Of a DNA stretch of 52,467 nt, positions 19,589-30,215 are shown in pieces. The notes under the pieces are model-generated. The model searched no databases. It was not told where the DNA came from and worked only from the letters and a program-made list of their open reading frames with translations. This DNA comes from a virus (lineage: Duplodnaviria; Caudoviricetes), in the IMG/VR virus record IMGVR_UViG_3300022746_000027, positions 1-52,467 of that record. The stretch is one strand, 5' to 3'. Numbering within the stretch: position 1 is the first letter of the stretch; each line of letters starts with the position of its first letter. Made by a program: the position numbers and the translations under genes.

Positions 19589-21200
19589 GAAGATAAAGCA
19601 TTACCTAGGCAACCCGCACCTGAAGAGGATTGGTGTTGTCCAGAAGATGGATGATGCTAAGGTAGCTGAATTCATCAAATGTTCTCAGGACCCAACATAC
19701 TTCATTCAGAACTATGTGAAGGTCATTACACTAGATCGTGGATTTGTGAACATCGACCTGTATGATTTCCAGAGACAGGCTATTGAGGAAATCAACACAA
19801 ATCGTAGAGTCATAGTAAAAGCTGGTCGTCAGGTTGGTAAAACAACGATGATTGTCGGATACGTTTTATGGTATGTTCTATTCAATACCGATAAGACAGT
19901 AGCTATTCTAGCTAACAAAGCTCCCACAGCGCGTGAAATTCTATCAAGAATCAAGATTGCGTATGAAGCACTCCCTCTGTGGCTTCAACAGGGTGTAAAG
20001 ACTTGGAACAAAGGTGACATCGAACTTGAAAACAACTGCCGTATCATGGCTACGTCTACTGCATCGTCAGCTATTCGTGGTTTCTCTATCTCGCTTCTAT
20101 ATCTGGACGAGTTCGCGTTCGTACCAACTAATATCGCAGATGAGTTCTTCACATCTGTTTATCCAACGATTTCTTCTGGTACTCAGTCTAAAGTCCTAAT
20201 CAGTTCTACGCCTAATGGCATGAACCACTTCTATAGAATGTGGACAGATGCTATTGAGAATAGAAGTGGATTCAGAGCAATCGAAGCTAATTGGCGTCAA
20301 GTTCCTGGAAGAGATGATTCTTGGGCTGAAGATCAGCGCAAAGTCCTAGGAGAAGAGAAGTTCCAGCAGGAAATGGAATGTGAGTTCCTTGGATCTGTTG
20401 GCACTCTAATATCTGGTAGGGTACTAAAGCAATTGACGTTCAAGACTCCCAAGACTGACGCAGGAGTTACTGGGCTAAGTATCCATGAAGAACCAACGTC
20501 GAGACACAGATACATAATGACGGTAGACACCTCTAGAGGCAAGGGAATGGACTATTCCGCCTTCACCGTAATAGATGTCACCGATGTTCCGTATAGACTT
20601 GTCTGCACATATAAAGATAACGACATATCTCCAATCAACTATCCAGCCATAATCCAAAGGATAGCAAAATACTACAATGAAGCGTATGTCCTGGTAGAAA
20701 TCAACGACAATGGACAGCAAATCTCCGATATCCTCTTCGATGAATTTGAGTATGAGAATATCCTGTCTACGGTGGAGAAGGATAAGAAGATCACCCTATC
20801 ATGGGCGTCAGCGGGTAAATTTAATCGAGGAATCAGAACCACGAAGTCCGTAAAGAGACTTGGCTGCAGCCTAATGAAGAACATCATTGAATCACACAAG
20901 ATTTCGATTCAGGATTATGATGTTATTCGTGAACTGGCTACTTTTATAAATAAAGGAAATACATACGAAGCAGATGCGGGATCGCACGATGATCTGGTAA
21001 TGTGCCTAGTATTATTTTCCTGGATGACTAATCAGACGTTTTTTGCAGACTTATGCGACACAAATATCAAGGATAAGTTGTATAGAGACCAGATGAAGTT
21101 GATCGAGGATGATATGTTACCTTCTCCAATTCGCGGTGATCCACTTGAAGATACTAGATTCGTGGCAGATGGTTCGGTTTGGGATATAGTCAAATTCTAG
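19575..21200 (+). CDS. gp17: Terminase large subunit gp17
   Basis: RQVGKTT Walker A, LYLDEFAF Walker B, SSTPNGMNHF, HDDLVM. Confidence 0.97.
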   Translation: MEIIEKIKHYLGNPHLKRIGVVQKMDDAKVAEFIKCSQDPTYFIQNYVKVITLDRGFVNIDLYDFQRQAIEEINTNRRVIVKAGRQVGKTTMIVGYVLWYVLFNTDKTVAILANKAPTAREILSRIKIAYEALPLWLQQGVKTWNKGDIELENNCRIMATSTASSAIRGFSISLLYLDEFAFVPTNIADEFFTSVYPTISSGTQSKVLISSTPNGMNHFYRMWTDAIENRSGFRAIEANWRQVPGRDDSWAEDQRKVLGEEKFQQEMECEFLGSVGTLISGRVLKQLTFKTPKTDAGVTGLSIHEEPTSRHRYIMTVDTSRGKGMDYSAFTVIDVTDVPYRLVCTYKDNDISPINYPAIIQRIAKYYNEAYVLVEINDNGQQISDILFDEFEYENILSTVEKDKKITLSWASAGKFNRGIRTTKSVKRLGCSLMKNIIESHKISIQDYDVIRELATFINKGNTYEADAGSHDDLVMCLVLFSWMTNQTFFADLCDTNIKDKLYRDQMKLIEDDMLPSPIRGDPLEDTRFVADGSVWDIVKF

Positions 21201-21205
21201 AAAGA

Positions 21206-21212
21206 CTAAATA
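21206..21212 (+). promoter_or_regulatory. Late promoter CTAAATA
   Basis: Intergenic, upstream of gp18. Confidence 0.65.
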
Positions 21213-21251
21213 CAATAAGATTTTTCAGTTCCTTATAACAGGAGTATACAA

Positions 21252-22979
21252 ATGGCATTTCAAGTATCACCAGGCGTGAACACTTCAGAAGTTGATCTAA
21301 CCACAGTCGTTCCAGCAATCTCATCATCCACTGGCGCCATTGCTGGCGTTTTTCAGTGGGGTCCTGTAAACGAAATTCGTCAGATTTCGAATGAACTGGA
21401 GCTAGTAAGCAACTATGGTCGTCCAGACACAAATACAGCAACGTCGTTCTTCACTGCTGCAAACTTCCTAGCATATTCAAATGATCTAAGAGTTTGTAGA
21501 GCAGCAAATACAACTTCGTATAATGCATTTGCTCCTCTCGCTTCTCAGGATCTATTTGCTGGCAACACCACTCAGATCAAGAATGAAGCAGCATACGAAA
21601 CTAGCACAGTATATACATCTGGTGTAGTAAACACCATGTTTGCTGCTAGATACCCAGGATCTATGGGCAACTCTCTAAAGGTAGAGTTGTTTGCTAATAG
21701 CAACACCACTCTATGGAATAGCTGGGCATATTCGTCACTATTCGACAACAAGCCAGGCACTTCACATTTCGTCTCTGTGAATTTCAACGCAGCGGCTAAT
21801 GACGAACTACATCTAGTTGTTATCGATGAGGACGGCAAGTTCACTGGTTCTCCAGGAACAGTTCTAGAAAAGTTCACTGGTCTATCTAAGGCTACAAATG
21901 CCAAGGACGAAACTGGACAGAGCATCTATTACAAGAACTACATTCTTCGTAATTCGAAGTATATCCTATGGTCGGGTACACCAGAAGATGCTGCTGGCGC
22001 AACTACTACTTGGGACGTTGCAGCTAATACAACTCACATCTTCACACAAACTGCTGGAAATGACACAGCATTCTCATTTGTGGGTGGTACAGATCAGTCA
22101 GTACCAGATTCTGCTCTAAACACAGCATACGATCTGTTCTCTGACGTTGAAAACATCGACATCTCCCTACTTCTAACCGCTGCACATAGCGCAGCAGTTG
22201 CAGGTCACGCTGTTGATCTAGTAGAAGGCAGAAGAGATTGCGTAGTGTTCGTTTCGCCAACCCTTGCAAATACGACATCTGCTACAGCATCTACCGATAT
22301 TACAAACTATCGTAACGTTGCTCTAAACAAGTCATCTTCGTATGCTGTGATGGACAGCGGCTGGAAGTATCAGTATGATAAGTATAATGATATCTACCGC
22401 TGGATGCCTCTAAACGGAGACATTGCAGGTCTTTGCGCTCGTACTGATAATGACCGTGATCCTTGGTTCTCACCAGCGGGTCTAACTCGCGGTCAGATCA
22501 AGAACGTAATCAAGCTATCGTACAATCCAAACAAGTCGAACCGCGATACACTATACAAGGCTGGTGTAAATCCAGTTGTATCTTCACCAGGTGAAGGCAC
22601 ATATCTGTTTGGCGATAAGACTCTTCTTGGACGTCCATCAGCATTCGACCGTATCAATGTTCGTAGACTGTTCATTGTTCTTGAGAAGTCAATCTCCAAG
22701 GCAGCTAAGTCGAGCCTATTCGAATTCAATGATGAATTCACTCGCGCACAGTTTGTAAATCTAGTTGAGCCTTTCCTAAGAACTGTACAAGGTCGTCGTG
22801 GTATCTATGACTATCGCGTTGTGTGTGATTCAACGAATAACACAGCAGAAGTTATCGACCGTAATGAGTTTGTAGGCGACATTTACATTAAGCCAGCTAA
22901 GAGCATCAACTTTATCCAGTTGAACTTTGTTGCTGTTCGTACTGGAGTTGCCTTTGAAGAAATCGTAGGCAAGTTCTAA
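21252..22979 (+). CDS. gp18: Tail sheath protein gp18
   Basis: MAFQVSPGV, FQWGPV, PWFSPAG, AFDRINVRRLF, KPAKSINFIQLNFVA. Confidence 0.97.
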   Translation: MAFQVSPGVNTSEVDLTTVVPAISSSTGAIAGVFQWGPVNEIRQISNELELVSNYGRPDTNTATSFFTAANFLAYSNDLRVCRAANTTSYNAFAPLASQDLFAGNTTQIKNEAAYETSTVYTSGVVNTMFAARYPGSMGNSLKVELFANSNTTLWNSWAYSSLFDNKPGTSHFVSVNFNAAANDELHLVVIDEDGKFTGSPGTVLEKFTGLSKATNAKDETGQSIYYKNYILRNSKYILWSGTPEDAAGATTTWDVAANTTHIFTQTAGNDTAFSFVGGTDQSVPDSALNTAYDLFSDVENIDISLLLTAAHSAAVAGHAVDLVEGRRDCVVFVSPTLANTTSATASTDITNYRNVALNKSSSYAVMDSGWKYQYDKYNDIYRWMPLNGDIAGLCARTDNDRDPWFSPAGLTRGQIKNVIKLSYNPNKSNRDTLYKAGVNPVVSSPGEGTYLFGDKTLLGRPSAFDRINVRRLFIVLEKSISKAAKSSLFEFNDEFTRAQFVNLVEPFLRTVQGRRGIYDYRVVCDSTNNTAEVIDRNEFVGDIYIKPAKSINFIQLNFVAVRTGVAFEEIVGKF

Positions 22980-22985
22980 TAAATA
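22979..22985 (+). promoter_or_regulatory. Late promoter ATAAATA
   Basis: Upstream of gp19. Confidence 0.6.
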
Positions 22986-23008
22986 GATTAGGATAAGGAG
23001 TTTATCAA

Positions 23009-23572
23009 ATGGCATTTAATGTAGACCAATTCAGATCAACACTAAGATACGATGGAGCACGTCCTAATCTGTTCGAAGTGTTCCTACGTTTCCCAGACTA
23101 TGTTGAACTAGGTCCTCTAGCTGGCAGTCAAGCACGTTTCATGTGTAAGACTGCACAGCTTCCAGGATCAACAATGGGTGTAGTAGAAGTACCATACTTC
23201 GGACGTCAGGTAAAGGTTGCTGGTAATAGAACATTCGCAGAATGGTCAGTAACAATCATCAACGACGAAGATTTCACTATCCGCAATGCATTCGAAAGAT
23301 GGCATCGTGGCATCAACGGAAACGTTAGCAATCTTCGTGAAGCACCATCGTCAACTGGCGCAAACACTTATGCAGTCGATGCAAGTGTTTATCAGTATAG
23401 TAAGATGGGCGGAATTCCTATCAAGTCGTACAAGTTTACGGGTCTGTTCCCATCAGACATCGCTGCTGTCGACCTAGATTGGGGTTCGAATGATTCTATC
23501 GAAGAATTCTCGGTTACTCTATCGTATCAGTATTGGGTAACTCAAGATACTTCAATCGCAAATCCTGCGTAA
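23009..23572 (+). CDS. gp19: Tail tube protein gp19
   Basis: GARPNLFEV, AGNRTFAEWSVTIINDEDF, IEEFSVTLSYQYW. Confidence 0.96.
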   Translation: MAFNVDQFRSTLRYDGARPNLFEVFLRFPDYVELGPLAGSQARFMCKTAQLPGSTMGVVEVPYFGRQVKVAGNRTFAEWSVTIINDEDFTIRNAFERWHRGINGNVSNLREAPSSTGANTYAVDASVYQYSKMGGIPIKSYKFTGLFPSDIAAVDLDWGSNDSIEEFSVTLSYQYWVTQDTSIANPA

Positions 23573-23586
23573 ATTGTGATATAAGT

Positions 23587-23618
23587 AGAGAGGGAGTAAT
23601 CCTCCCTCTCTTTTCTTT
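23587..23618 (+). terminator. Rho-independent terminator after gp19
   Basis: AGAGAGGGAG-TAATC-CTCCCTCTCT followed by TTTCTTT. Confidence 0.8.
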
Positions 23619-23633
23619 GATATGGAGTAATAC

Positions 23634-25208
23634 ATGGCTGGAATAAATCTATTTGGCTGGGAAATCGTAAAGAAGAAGGGGCTTGCTCCTGAGCAAAAGC
23701 CTTCTATTGCCGTCCCGCAGACCGACGATGGTGCATTTACAATCAATGCATCTAGTCTCGGTGGCTACTATGGCACGTATCTCAACCTAGAGACTGCATT
23801 CAAGAACGAGAATGAACTAATTTCTCGTTATCGTACTATGTCGATGCAGCCCGAGTGTGAGCAAGCTATCGATGATATCGTCAACGAAGCAATCGTTAGA
23901 GACGAAGATGGTAAATCAGTTCAGATTATCTTAGATGATCTTCAGCAAACTGATGACATAAAGAACATGATCCGCGAAGAATTCAAGGGAGTTCTTCGTA
24001 TGCTAGACTTCGACAATGCTGGCGCTGATATTTTCCGTCGCTGGTATGTTGATGGTAGACTATTCTACCAGGTTCAAATTGATGAAAAGAATCCTAAGCT
24101 AGGCATTCAAGGTCTAGTCTTTCTAGATCCTAGAAAGATTCGCAAAGTACGCACAGTTGTAAAGGAAAAAGATCCTAGAACTGGCATCGAATTTGTGAAG
24201 GGAACTCAAGAATTCTATGTGTACAACGAGAAATCGATGTCACAAAGCAACATGGTAATGTCTAGCCCTGTAGACGCTGCCGTAAAGATTTCATTGGACT
24301 CTGTTGTGAATATCAACTCAGGTCTAATGGACGCATCACGCAACATGGTTCTATCTTATCTGCATAAGGCAATCAAACCAATCAATCAGCTTCGAATGAT
24401 CGAAGATGCTATTGTTGTGTATAGACTATCTCGCGCACCAGAACGTAGAGTATTCTACGTTGATGTTGGTAATCTGCCTAAGATGAAAGCAGATCAGTAT
24501 ATGCAAGACATTATGACCAAGTTCCGCAATAAGGTCGTATACGACAGCGGAACTGGTGAAGTCCGTGATGATCGCAAGTTTACTTCAATGATCGAGGACT
24601 TCTGGATTCCTAGACGTGGTGAAGGTAAGAATACTGAAATCACTACTCTACCAGCTGGTCAGAACCTAGGCGAACTGACTGACGTAAAGTATTTCGAGCA
24701 GAAGCTATACAAGGCTCTGAATGTACCTGTGTCTAGACTAGAATCTGCTCAGGGATTCACACTAGGGCGTTCGAATGAAATCACTAGAGACGAACTGAAG
24801 TTCAACAAGTTTGTTGAGAAGCTTCGCAATAAGTTTAGCACTCTATTTGATGAATTGATGAAGCGCCAGCTTGCTCTAAAGGGCATTGCTTCCGTTGAAG
24901 AGTGGGATGAAATCAAAGAGTACATCCACTATGACTTCATGGAAGATAACAACTTCGCAGAACTTAAGGACGCAGAACTAATTGCTAATCGCGTACTTAT
25001 TCTAAATAGTGTCGTACCGTATGTTGGAACATACTATTCGATGCAGTGGGTTCGTAAGAATATTCTACATCTGACTGAAGAAGAAATCGAAACTATGCAG
25101 GCAGAAATAGAACAGGAACAAGAAATGATGACACGCATCGCTCTTGCTCAAACAGCACAACAAGCGGCTGCAACACCAGCTAGTTCGCTAAATAATACAC
25201 AACAGTAA
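23634..25208 (+). CDS. gp20: Portal protein gp20
   Basis: FRRWYVDGR, SYLHKAIKP.NQLRMIED, RAPERRVFYVDVGNLPK, ITRDELKF. Confidence 0.97.
   Translation: MAGINLFGWEIVKKKGLAPEQKPSIAVPQTDDGAFTINASSLGGYYGTYLNLETAFKNENELISRYRTMSMQPECEQAIDDIVNEAIVRDEDGKSVQIILDDLQQTDDIKNMIREEFKGVLRMLDFDNAGADIFRRWYVDGRLFYQVQIDEKNPKLGIQGLVFLDPRKIRKVRTVVKEKDPRTGIEFVKGTQEFYVYNEKSMSQSNMVMSSPVDAAVKISLDSVVNINSGLMDASRNMVLSYLHKAIKPINQLRMIEDAIVVYRLSRAPERRVFYVDVGNLPKMKADQYMQDIMTKFRNKVVYDSGTGEVRDDRKFTSMIEDFWIPRRGEGKNTEITTLPAGQNLGELTDVKYFEQKLYKALNVPVSRLESAQGFTLGRSNEITRDELKFNKFVEKLRNKFSTLFDELMKRQLALKGIASVEEWDEIKEYIHYDFMEDNNFAELKDAELIANRVLILNSVVPYVGTYYSMQWVRKNILHLTEEEIETMQAEIEQEQEMMTRIALAQTAQQAAATPASSLNNTQQ
25188..25194 (+). promoter_or_regulatory. 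Late promoter CTAAATA
   Basis: In the 3' end of gp20, upstream of the core genes. Confidence 0.55.
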
Positions 25209-25225
25209 TTGCTCGGAGAATCTCA

Positions 25226-26110
25226 ATGAATTCCAAAGAACTTCTAGAATCGATCATGGTAGAAGAACAAGACACAGTGAATGATGTATTCATCAATCTC
25301 ATGGCAGAAAAGCTATCGGATGCTCTTGAAGTTCGCAAGGTTGAACTTGCATCTGAGATTATGATAGACGAATCTGCTGAGTTCGAAAAGACTGCTAAGA
25401 AGTATGCTAAGGCAGAGAAAGAAGATGCCGAAAAAGAATACTCTTATGGCACGAAGATCAAAAACACGAAGCAAGAGAATAAAAGAACTGCTGATATGAA
25501 AGCATCATTTCTCAAGCGTTTTGCTACTGAAGAAGTCGAGCAGATCGATGAAGCATCATACAGGGATAATCAGATAGCTTCCAGAGAAGCTAATGAAAAT
25601 GAAAGAGAGTATCAGAGAAAAACTACAGCAAAAAATAAAAGAAAAGAAAATTTGGCAAATTGGAAAACCAATCATCCTGAAGATTTTTCTGCACATAAAA
25701 AGAGATTAGAAGTTGCAAGAAAGCTAAAAAGAGCATTGGAATCTCACATCAGTACACTAGAAGATTCTACAACAAAAAACGCAGGTAGCAAAAACAGACT
25801 ATCGAAAGCAGATCACGCTCTATTCACGAAGCATCTGAATAGAATGAAGCATCTGAATAGAATGATGGAAGCACTAGAACCAGGTTCCTCTTCTGCCAAT
25901 CAAAAGCAACTATCTATGCACAATACAAATCTTCAAAGAATGGGCGTCGCTTCATCGGATAAGTCTAAAGTGATGAACGCTATCAAGGCGCATCTAGCTG
26001 GTCGTAGACTAAATATGAATCAGAATAACACTCTGATTGATTATCTGGGTCAGACTGGCGGGCTTCAAAATGTATCGGCTGCAGTTCGCAACAAGGCACT
26101 GAAGAAGTAA
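25226..26110 (+). CDS. Prohead core protein (gp67-like N-terminus) with a long basic extension
   Basis: Position after gp20; F..LMAEKLSDALEVRKVELA helix; IDE motifs. Confidence 0.6.
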   Translation: MNSKELLESIMVEEQDTVNDVFINLMAEKLSDALEVRKVELASEIMIDESAEFEKTAKKYAKAEKEDAEKEYSYGTKIKNTKQENKRTADMKASFLKRFATEEVEQIDEASYRDNQIASREANENEREYQRKTTAKNKRKENLANWKTNHPEDFSAHKKRLEVARKLKRALESHISTLEDSTTKNAGSKNRLSKADHALFTKHLNRMKHLNRMMEALEPGSSSANQKQLSMHNTNLQRMGVASSDKSKVMNAIKAHLAGRRLNMNQNNTLIDYLGQTGGLQNVSAAVRNKALKK

Positions 26111-26112
26111 AA

Positions 26113-26331
26113 ATGAAGTTCAAAGAACTTAGAGAGTCATTGAATCCTGATACTCCAGAGACATCACCAGCTCCCATGCTGGTGTTACGTCGCAGAGGTA
26201 TCAGGATTTTCCCAGATGGCAGAAGAGTTGCTCTCTACACGAACGATAAGTATAATCTGGTTTTCACTATTCCTTACGGACTATCAAAGATGAGTAGTGA
26301 AACTCCAATCACTGGAGCAAAAAATGGTTGA
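26113..26331 (+). CDS. Small head-associated hypothetical protein
   Basis: MKFKELRES start; P.MLVLRRRGIRIFPDGRRVALY..FTIPY. Confidence 0.6.
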   Translation: MKFKELRESLNPDTPETSPAPMLVLRRRGIRIFPDGRRVALYTNDKYNLVFTIPYGLSKMSSETPITGAKNG

Positions 26332-26650
26332 AGTAAAAGATGCGCTAAATGCAATTCTTTCCGAAAAGCTAGATATGCTCAAGTCTTGCATTGGTGTAGA
26401 ACTAGATGAAGCTAGAATAAAAGTCGTAAAGGCTCGCGTTCGTAATGGCAAAGTTCAGCGTAGAAAGAAAGTATCCAATGTAAAGGGATACACAATGCGC
26501 GGTGGCAAACTAACACGCATGTCTGCAAAAGAAAAGCTAGATAGAAAGCGTGGTGCGAGAAAAGGTAAGATCAAGCGCAAAGCAAAAATGGCTCGCGCTA
26601 TGATAAAGCGTAAAAGATCACTCCGTAAAAGAGCATCACTAGGACTCTAA
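26324..26650 (+). CDS. gp68: Prohead core protein, gp68-like (very Arg/Lys-rich)
   Basis: ATG 26324 with GGAG; basic C-terminus KRKRSLRKRASLGL; synteny before gp21. Confidence 0.7.
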   Translation: MVEVKDALNAILSEKLDMLKSCIGVELDEARIKVVKARVRNGKVQRRKKVSNVKGYTMRGGKLTRMSAKEKLDRKRGARKGKIKRKAKMARAMIKRKRSLRKRASLGL

Positions 26651-26651
26651 A

Positions 26652-26978
26652 ATGAAATCTTTCAAACAACTCTATGAAGAAACTAAAGCACCTAAAGCGA
26701 AGTCAGACGAAAACAACGCAGCTGGTATAGCTAAGAACAAGAAACTAGTTCTAGACCATCACGCTAATATGCTAAAGGCTGGGTACAAGTATTCCCACTC
26801 CGAAGAACGTGATGGATGGGGTGATGATGTTGAGACTCATCATCATTACATCTCTAAAGATGGTGGGCACATGAAAACAATGACTTATAGCTCATATGCT
26901 CACGGGTTAGGTCATAAGTTGAGAGTGGGTTACACAAAACGTAAACTACAAACAAATCATCCAGACCTAAAAGGATAA
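26652..26978 (+). CDS. Putative internal head protein
   Basis: MKSFKQLYEE resembles the T4 capsid-targeting sequence. Confidence 0.55.
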   Translation: MKSFKQLYEETKAPKAKSDENNAAGIAKNKKLVLDHHANMLKAGYKYSHSEERDGWGDDVETHHHYISKDGGHMKTMTYSSYAHGLGHKLRVGYTKRKLQTNHPDLKG

Positions 26979-26987
26979 GGCTCTAAA

Positions 26988-27632
26988 ATGAAACTAATCT
27001 CAGAAGCAGTAGAAGATGTAAAGGTCATCGTTGAAGAAAAGAACGGTGTCAAGAATCTATACATCACTGGTCCATTCTTGGTTGCTGAAACCAAGAATCG
27101 CAATGGGCGTATCTATAAGAGTGATACTCTAGCTAGAGAAGTGAATAGATACAACGAAGAGTATATCAAAAACAACAGAGCATTCGGTGAACTGAATCAT
27201 CCAGATTCAGTCAATATCAATCTAGATCGCGTATCGCATCTAGTAACTAGCCTGAAACAAGAGGGTAACGTCTTTGTTGGTAAGGCAAAAATTCTTGAAA
27301 CACCTATGGGTAAGATCGCAAAGGCTCTAATGGAGGGCGGTGCTTCTCTAGGTGTATCATCACGTGGCATGGGTTCACTCAAAGAAGTGAATGGTGTAAA
27401 CGTGGTGCAAGATGACTATTATCTAGCTACAGCGGCAGATATCGTGGCTGATCCTTCTGCACCAGGTGCCTTTGTACAAGGTATCATGGAAGGTAAAGAG
27501 TGGGTATGGGATAACGGCATCGTAAAAGAAGTCAATATCAACGCATACTACGAAGAAATGCAGAAGGCAAAGTCGAAGCAAATTGAAGAGATCTCACTCA
27601 AGATCTTTGAAAATTTCCTCTCAAAAATCTAA
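26988..27632 (+). CDS. gp21: Prohead protease gp21
   Basis: NRNGRIY, AFGELNHP, LGVSSRGMGSL, ADIVADPSAPGAFV. Confidence 0.96.
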   Translation: MKLISEAVEDVKVIVEEKNGVKNLYITGPFLVAETKNRNGRIYKSDTLAREVNRYNEEYIKNNRAFGELNHPDSVNINLDRVSHLVTSLKQEGNVFVGKAKILETPMGKIAKALMEGGASLGVSSRGMGSLKEVNGVNVVQDDYYLATAADIVADPSAPGAFVQGIMEGKEWVWDNGIVKEVNINAYYEEMQKAKSKQIEEISLKIFENFLSKI

Positions 27633-27636
27633 TTTG

Positions 27637-27644
27637 TATAAATA
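27637..27644 (+). promoter_or_regulatory. Late promoter TATAAATA
   Basis: Exact T4 consensus upstream of gp22/gp23. Confidence 0.85.
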
Positions 27645-27669
27645 AAATAACCGTAATAGGAGTTATCCA

Positions 27670-28884
27670 ATGAGTAAGACACTTGCTGAATCTGCTGCTG
27701 AGATTCTAAACACATCACTAGGAGCACCGAAAGATGCACCTAAGAAGATCGATGCAGAAATTGAAGATGCTACTAGTGAAGATGCCGATGGCAACCAACT
27801 AGACAATCCAGGAGCTAAGGCTTCTGCATCTATTTCTCAGAATCCACCTCCAGCTGCTAAGGGCGATCCAAAGTCTGTGAAGGCACATTCATATGTACAG
27901 CCAGGCACAGAAGTAGTTATGGAAGATGAGTCGGATGAAGAATCTGAAGTATCTCTAACAGAAGAAGAAATCGAAGAGTATCTGGACTCGCTTTCGGAAG
28001 AAGAACTAGCTGAACTAGTTGCCGAAGCAGAGCAGATTGACGAAGAAACTGATGAAGATTCTGATGAAGAAGAATCTGCTCCTCAGCTAACTCAAGAACA
28101 AATTGCAGAAGCTCGCGCTAATGCAATCAAGGATCTTGTGCAGAATAATATGGCATCTTGTCAGGAAGACGTGGATGCACTTTTCAATGGCGAATCGCTA
28201 TCTGAAGAGTTCCGCACCAAGGCAACAACTATATTCGAAGCTGCTGTACGTTCGCGTGTAGAAGCTATCGCTGCTCAAGTTGTAGCCGAAAACGAAAAGA
28301 TTCTAGAAGATTCAATCGAATCGATCCAAGAAGATCTAACAGAACAAGTAGATGGCTACTTGAATCATGTTGTGGAAGCTTGGATGGAAGAAAACCAACT
28401 AGCTATTGAGACTGGTCTAAAGGTAGAAATCACCGAAGACTTCATCAATGGTCTAAAGACACTATTTGCCGAACACTACATCGAAGTGCCAGAAGATAAG
28501 GCAGACGTTGTAGAAGAAATGGCTGCTGCTGTACTTGCCGCCGAAGAGAAGCTTTCTGAACAAGCTGAAGTTCTAGCTGCAACTACAAAGGCATTGAACG
28601 AAGCCAAGGCAACAGAAATTCTTCGTAAGATCTGTGAAGGTCTGACCGAAGTACAAGTTTCGAAGATCAAGTCGCTCGCAGAGGGCGTAGAGTTCACCTC
28701 AGATGGTGAGTATACTGAGAAACTGAATACGATCCGTGAAAACTATTTCCCATCGGGCAAGATCAAGAATGCTGCGCCAGAAGTTGTTGTTGAAACAACC
28801 GACGAAGCATCTGCAAATGCACCGAAGGATCCAGTCATGGATTTCTACGTCAATGCGATCACTAAGCAACTACCTAAAATCTAA
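27670..28884 (+). CDS. gp22: Prohead scaffold protein gp22
   Basis: Acidic; LSEEFRTKATTIFEAAV, VDGYLNHVVEAWMEEN, KLNTIRENYF. Confidence 0.93.
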   Translation: MSKTLAESAAEILNTSLGAPKDAPKKIDAEIEDATSEDADGNQLDNPGAKASASISQNPPPAAKGDPKSVKAHSYVQPGTEVVMEDESDEESEVSLTEEEIEEYLDSLSEEELAELVAEAEQIDEETDEDSDEEESAPQLTQEQIAEARANAIKDLVQNNMASCQEDVDALFNGESLSEEFRTKATTIFEAAVRSRVEAIAAQVVAENEKILEDSIESIQEDLTEQVDGYLNHVVEAWMEENQLAIETGLKVEITEDFINGLKTLFAEHYIEVPEDKADVVEEMAAAVLAAEEKLSEQAEVLAATTKALNEAKATEILRKICEGLTEVQVSKIKSLAEGVEFTSDGEYTEKLNTIRENYFPSGKIKNAAPEVVVETTDEASANAPKDPVMDFYVNAITKQLPKI

Positions 28885-28898
28885 AGGAAGGTAATCAA

Positions 28899-30215
28899 AT
28901 GTATCTATCAGAAACACATGTAAACAAGTGGGGTCCTGTTCTGGACCATCCTGATCTACCAAAGATCAGCGATCCACACAAGCGTTCGGTAACTGCTCTT
29001 GTTCTTGAGAACCAAGAGAAGGCACTACGCGAAGAAGCTGCTGCTATGGGCAAGCTATGGGAAACTACACCAGCTAATGCTGTTGGTGGCGGTATGTCCC
29101 CAGTTGTCGGCGGCGAAGGTAACATCAAGGGCTTTGATCCAATTCTAATTGGTCTAGTTCGTCGTTCGCTACCTAACCTAATGGCATATGACGTTTGCGG
29201 CGTGCAGCCAATGACCGGTCCAACTGGACTGATCTTTGCAATGCGCACCAAGTACGGCAATCCATCGTCAGGCACGGAAGCATTCTACAACGAAGCTAAC
29301 ACTGCATTCTCTGGTACTGGTTCGCACCAGAACAACGATCCGTTCGGTAATGCTGCGTTCGTTCTAGCTAACACTGGTACTCCAGTGACCACATCTGCTG
29401 GTGAAGACTTTGGTGGCGCAACAACTCTAAACGAAATGGGTTTCACCATTGATCGTGTGTCAGTTACAGCTAAGACTCGCGCCCTAAAGGCAGAGTATTC
29501 GCTAGAACTAGCACAAGACCTAAAGGCAATCCATGGTCTAGATGCAGAATCGGAACTGTCGAACATTCTTTCGACTGAAATTCTTGCAGAAATCAACCGC
29601 GAAGTAATTCGCACGATCTATGCAACTGCAAACGTTGGCTACACTGGTACGTCAACTGCTACATTCAACTTGAACTCGACATCAGATACATCTGGTCGTT
29701 GGGCAGTTGAAAAGTTCAAGGGTCTTCTATTCGCAATCGAACGCGCAAGCAACAAGATTGCTAAGGATACCCGTCGTGGCAAGGGCAACATGCTAATCGT
29801 CTCAACAGACGTAGCATCGGCTCTAGCAATGACCGGACTTCTAGACTACAACTCGGCTCTATCTAACAACACAAACCTAACCGTTGATGACACCGGTAAC
29901 ACCTTCGCTGGTGTTCTATTCGGTCGTATCAAGGTCTATGTTGATCCATACTCGGTAACGGGTTCGGATTACGTTGTTGTTGGCTACAAGGGCGCAACAC
30001 CATATGACGCTGGTATCTTCTATTGCCCATACGTTCCTCTACAGATGGTACGTGCAACCGATCCAGCTACCTTCCAGCCTAAGATTGGCTTCAAGACCCG
30101 TTACGGTCTAGTAGCAAATCCATTCTCGACTGGTGGTGGAGCAACTTCGGGTACAATCACCAACGGAACAAACGTATACTATCGCAAGTTCCGCGTTGAT
30201 AATCTAGTAGGCTAA
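28899..30215 (+). CDS. gp23: Major capsid protein gp23
   Basis: CGVQPMTGPTGLIFAMR, RALKAEYSLELAQDLKAIHGLDAE, FQPKIGFKTRYG. Confidence 0.98.
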   Translation: MYLSETHVNKWGPVLDHPDLPKISDPHKRSVTALVLENQEKALREEAAAMGKLWETTPANAVGGGMSPVVGGEGNIKGFDPILIGLVRRSLPNLMAYDVCGVQPMTGPTGLIFAMRTKYGNPSSGTEAFYNEANTAFSGTGSHQNNDPFGNAAFVLANTGTPVTTSAGEDFGGATTLNEMGFTIDRVSVTAKTRALKAEYSLELAQDLKAIHGLDAESELSNILSTEILAEINREVIRTIYATANVGYTGTSTATFNLNSTSDTSGRWAVEKFKGLLFAIERASNKIAKDTRRGKGNMLIVSTDVASALAMTGLLDYNSALSNNTNLTVDDTGNTFAGVLFGRIKVYVDPYSVTGSDYVVVGYKGATPYDAGIFYCPYVPLQMVRATDPATFQPKIGFKTRYGLVANPFSTGGGATSGTITNGTNVYYRKFRVDNLVG

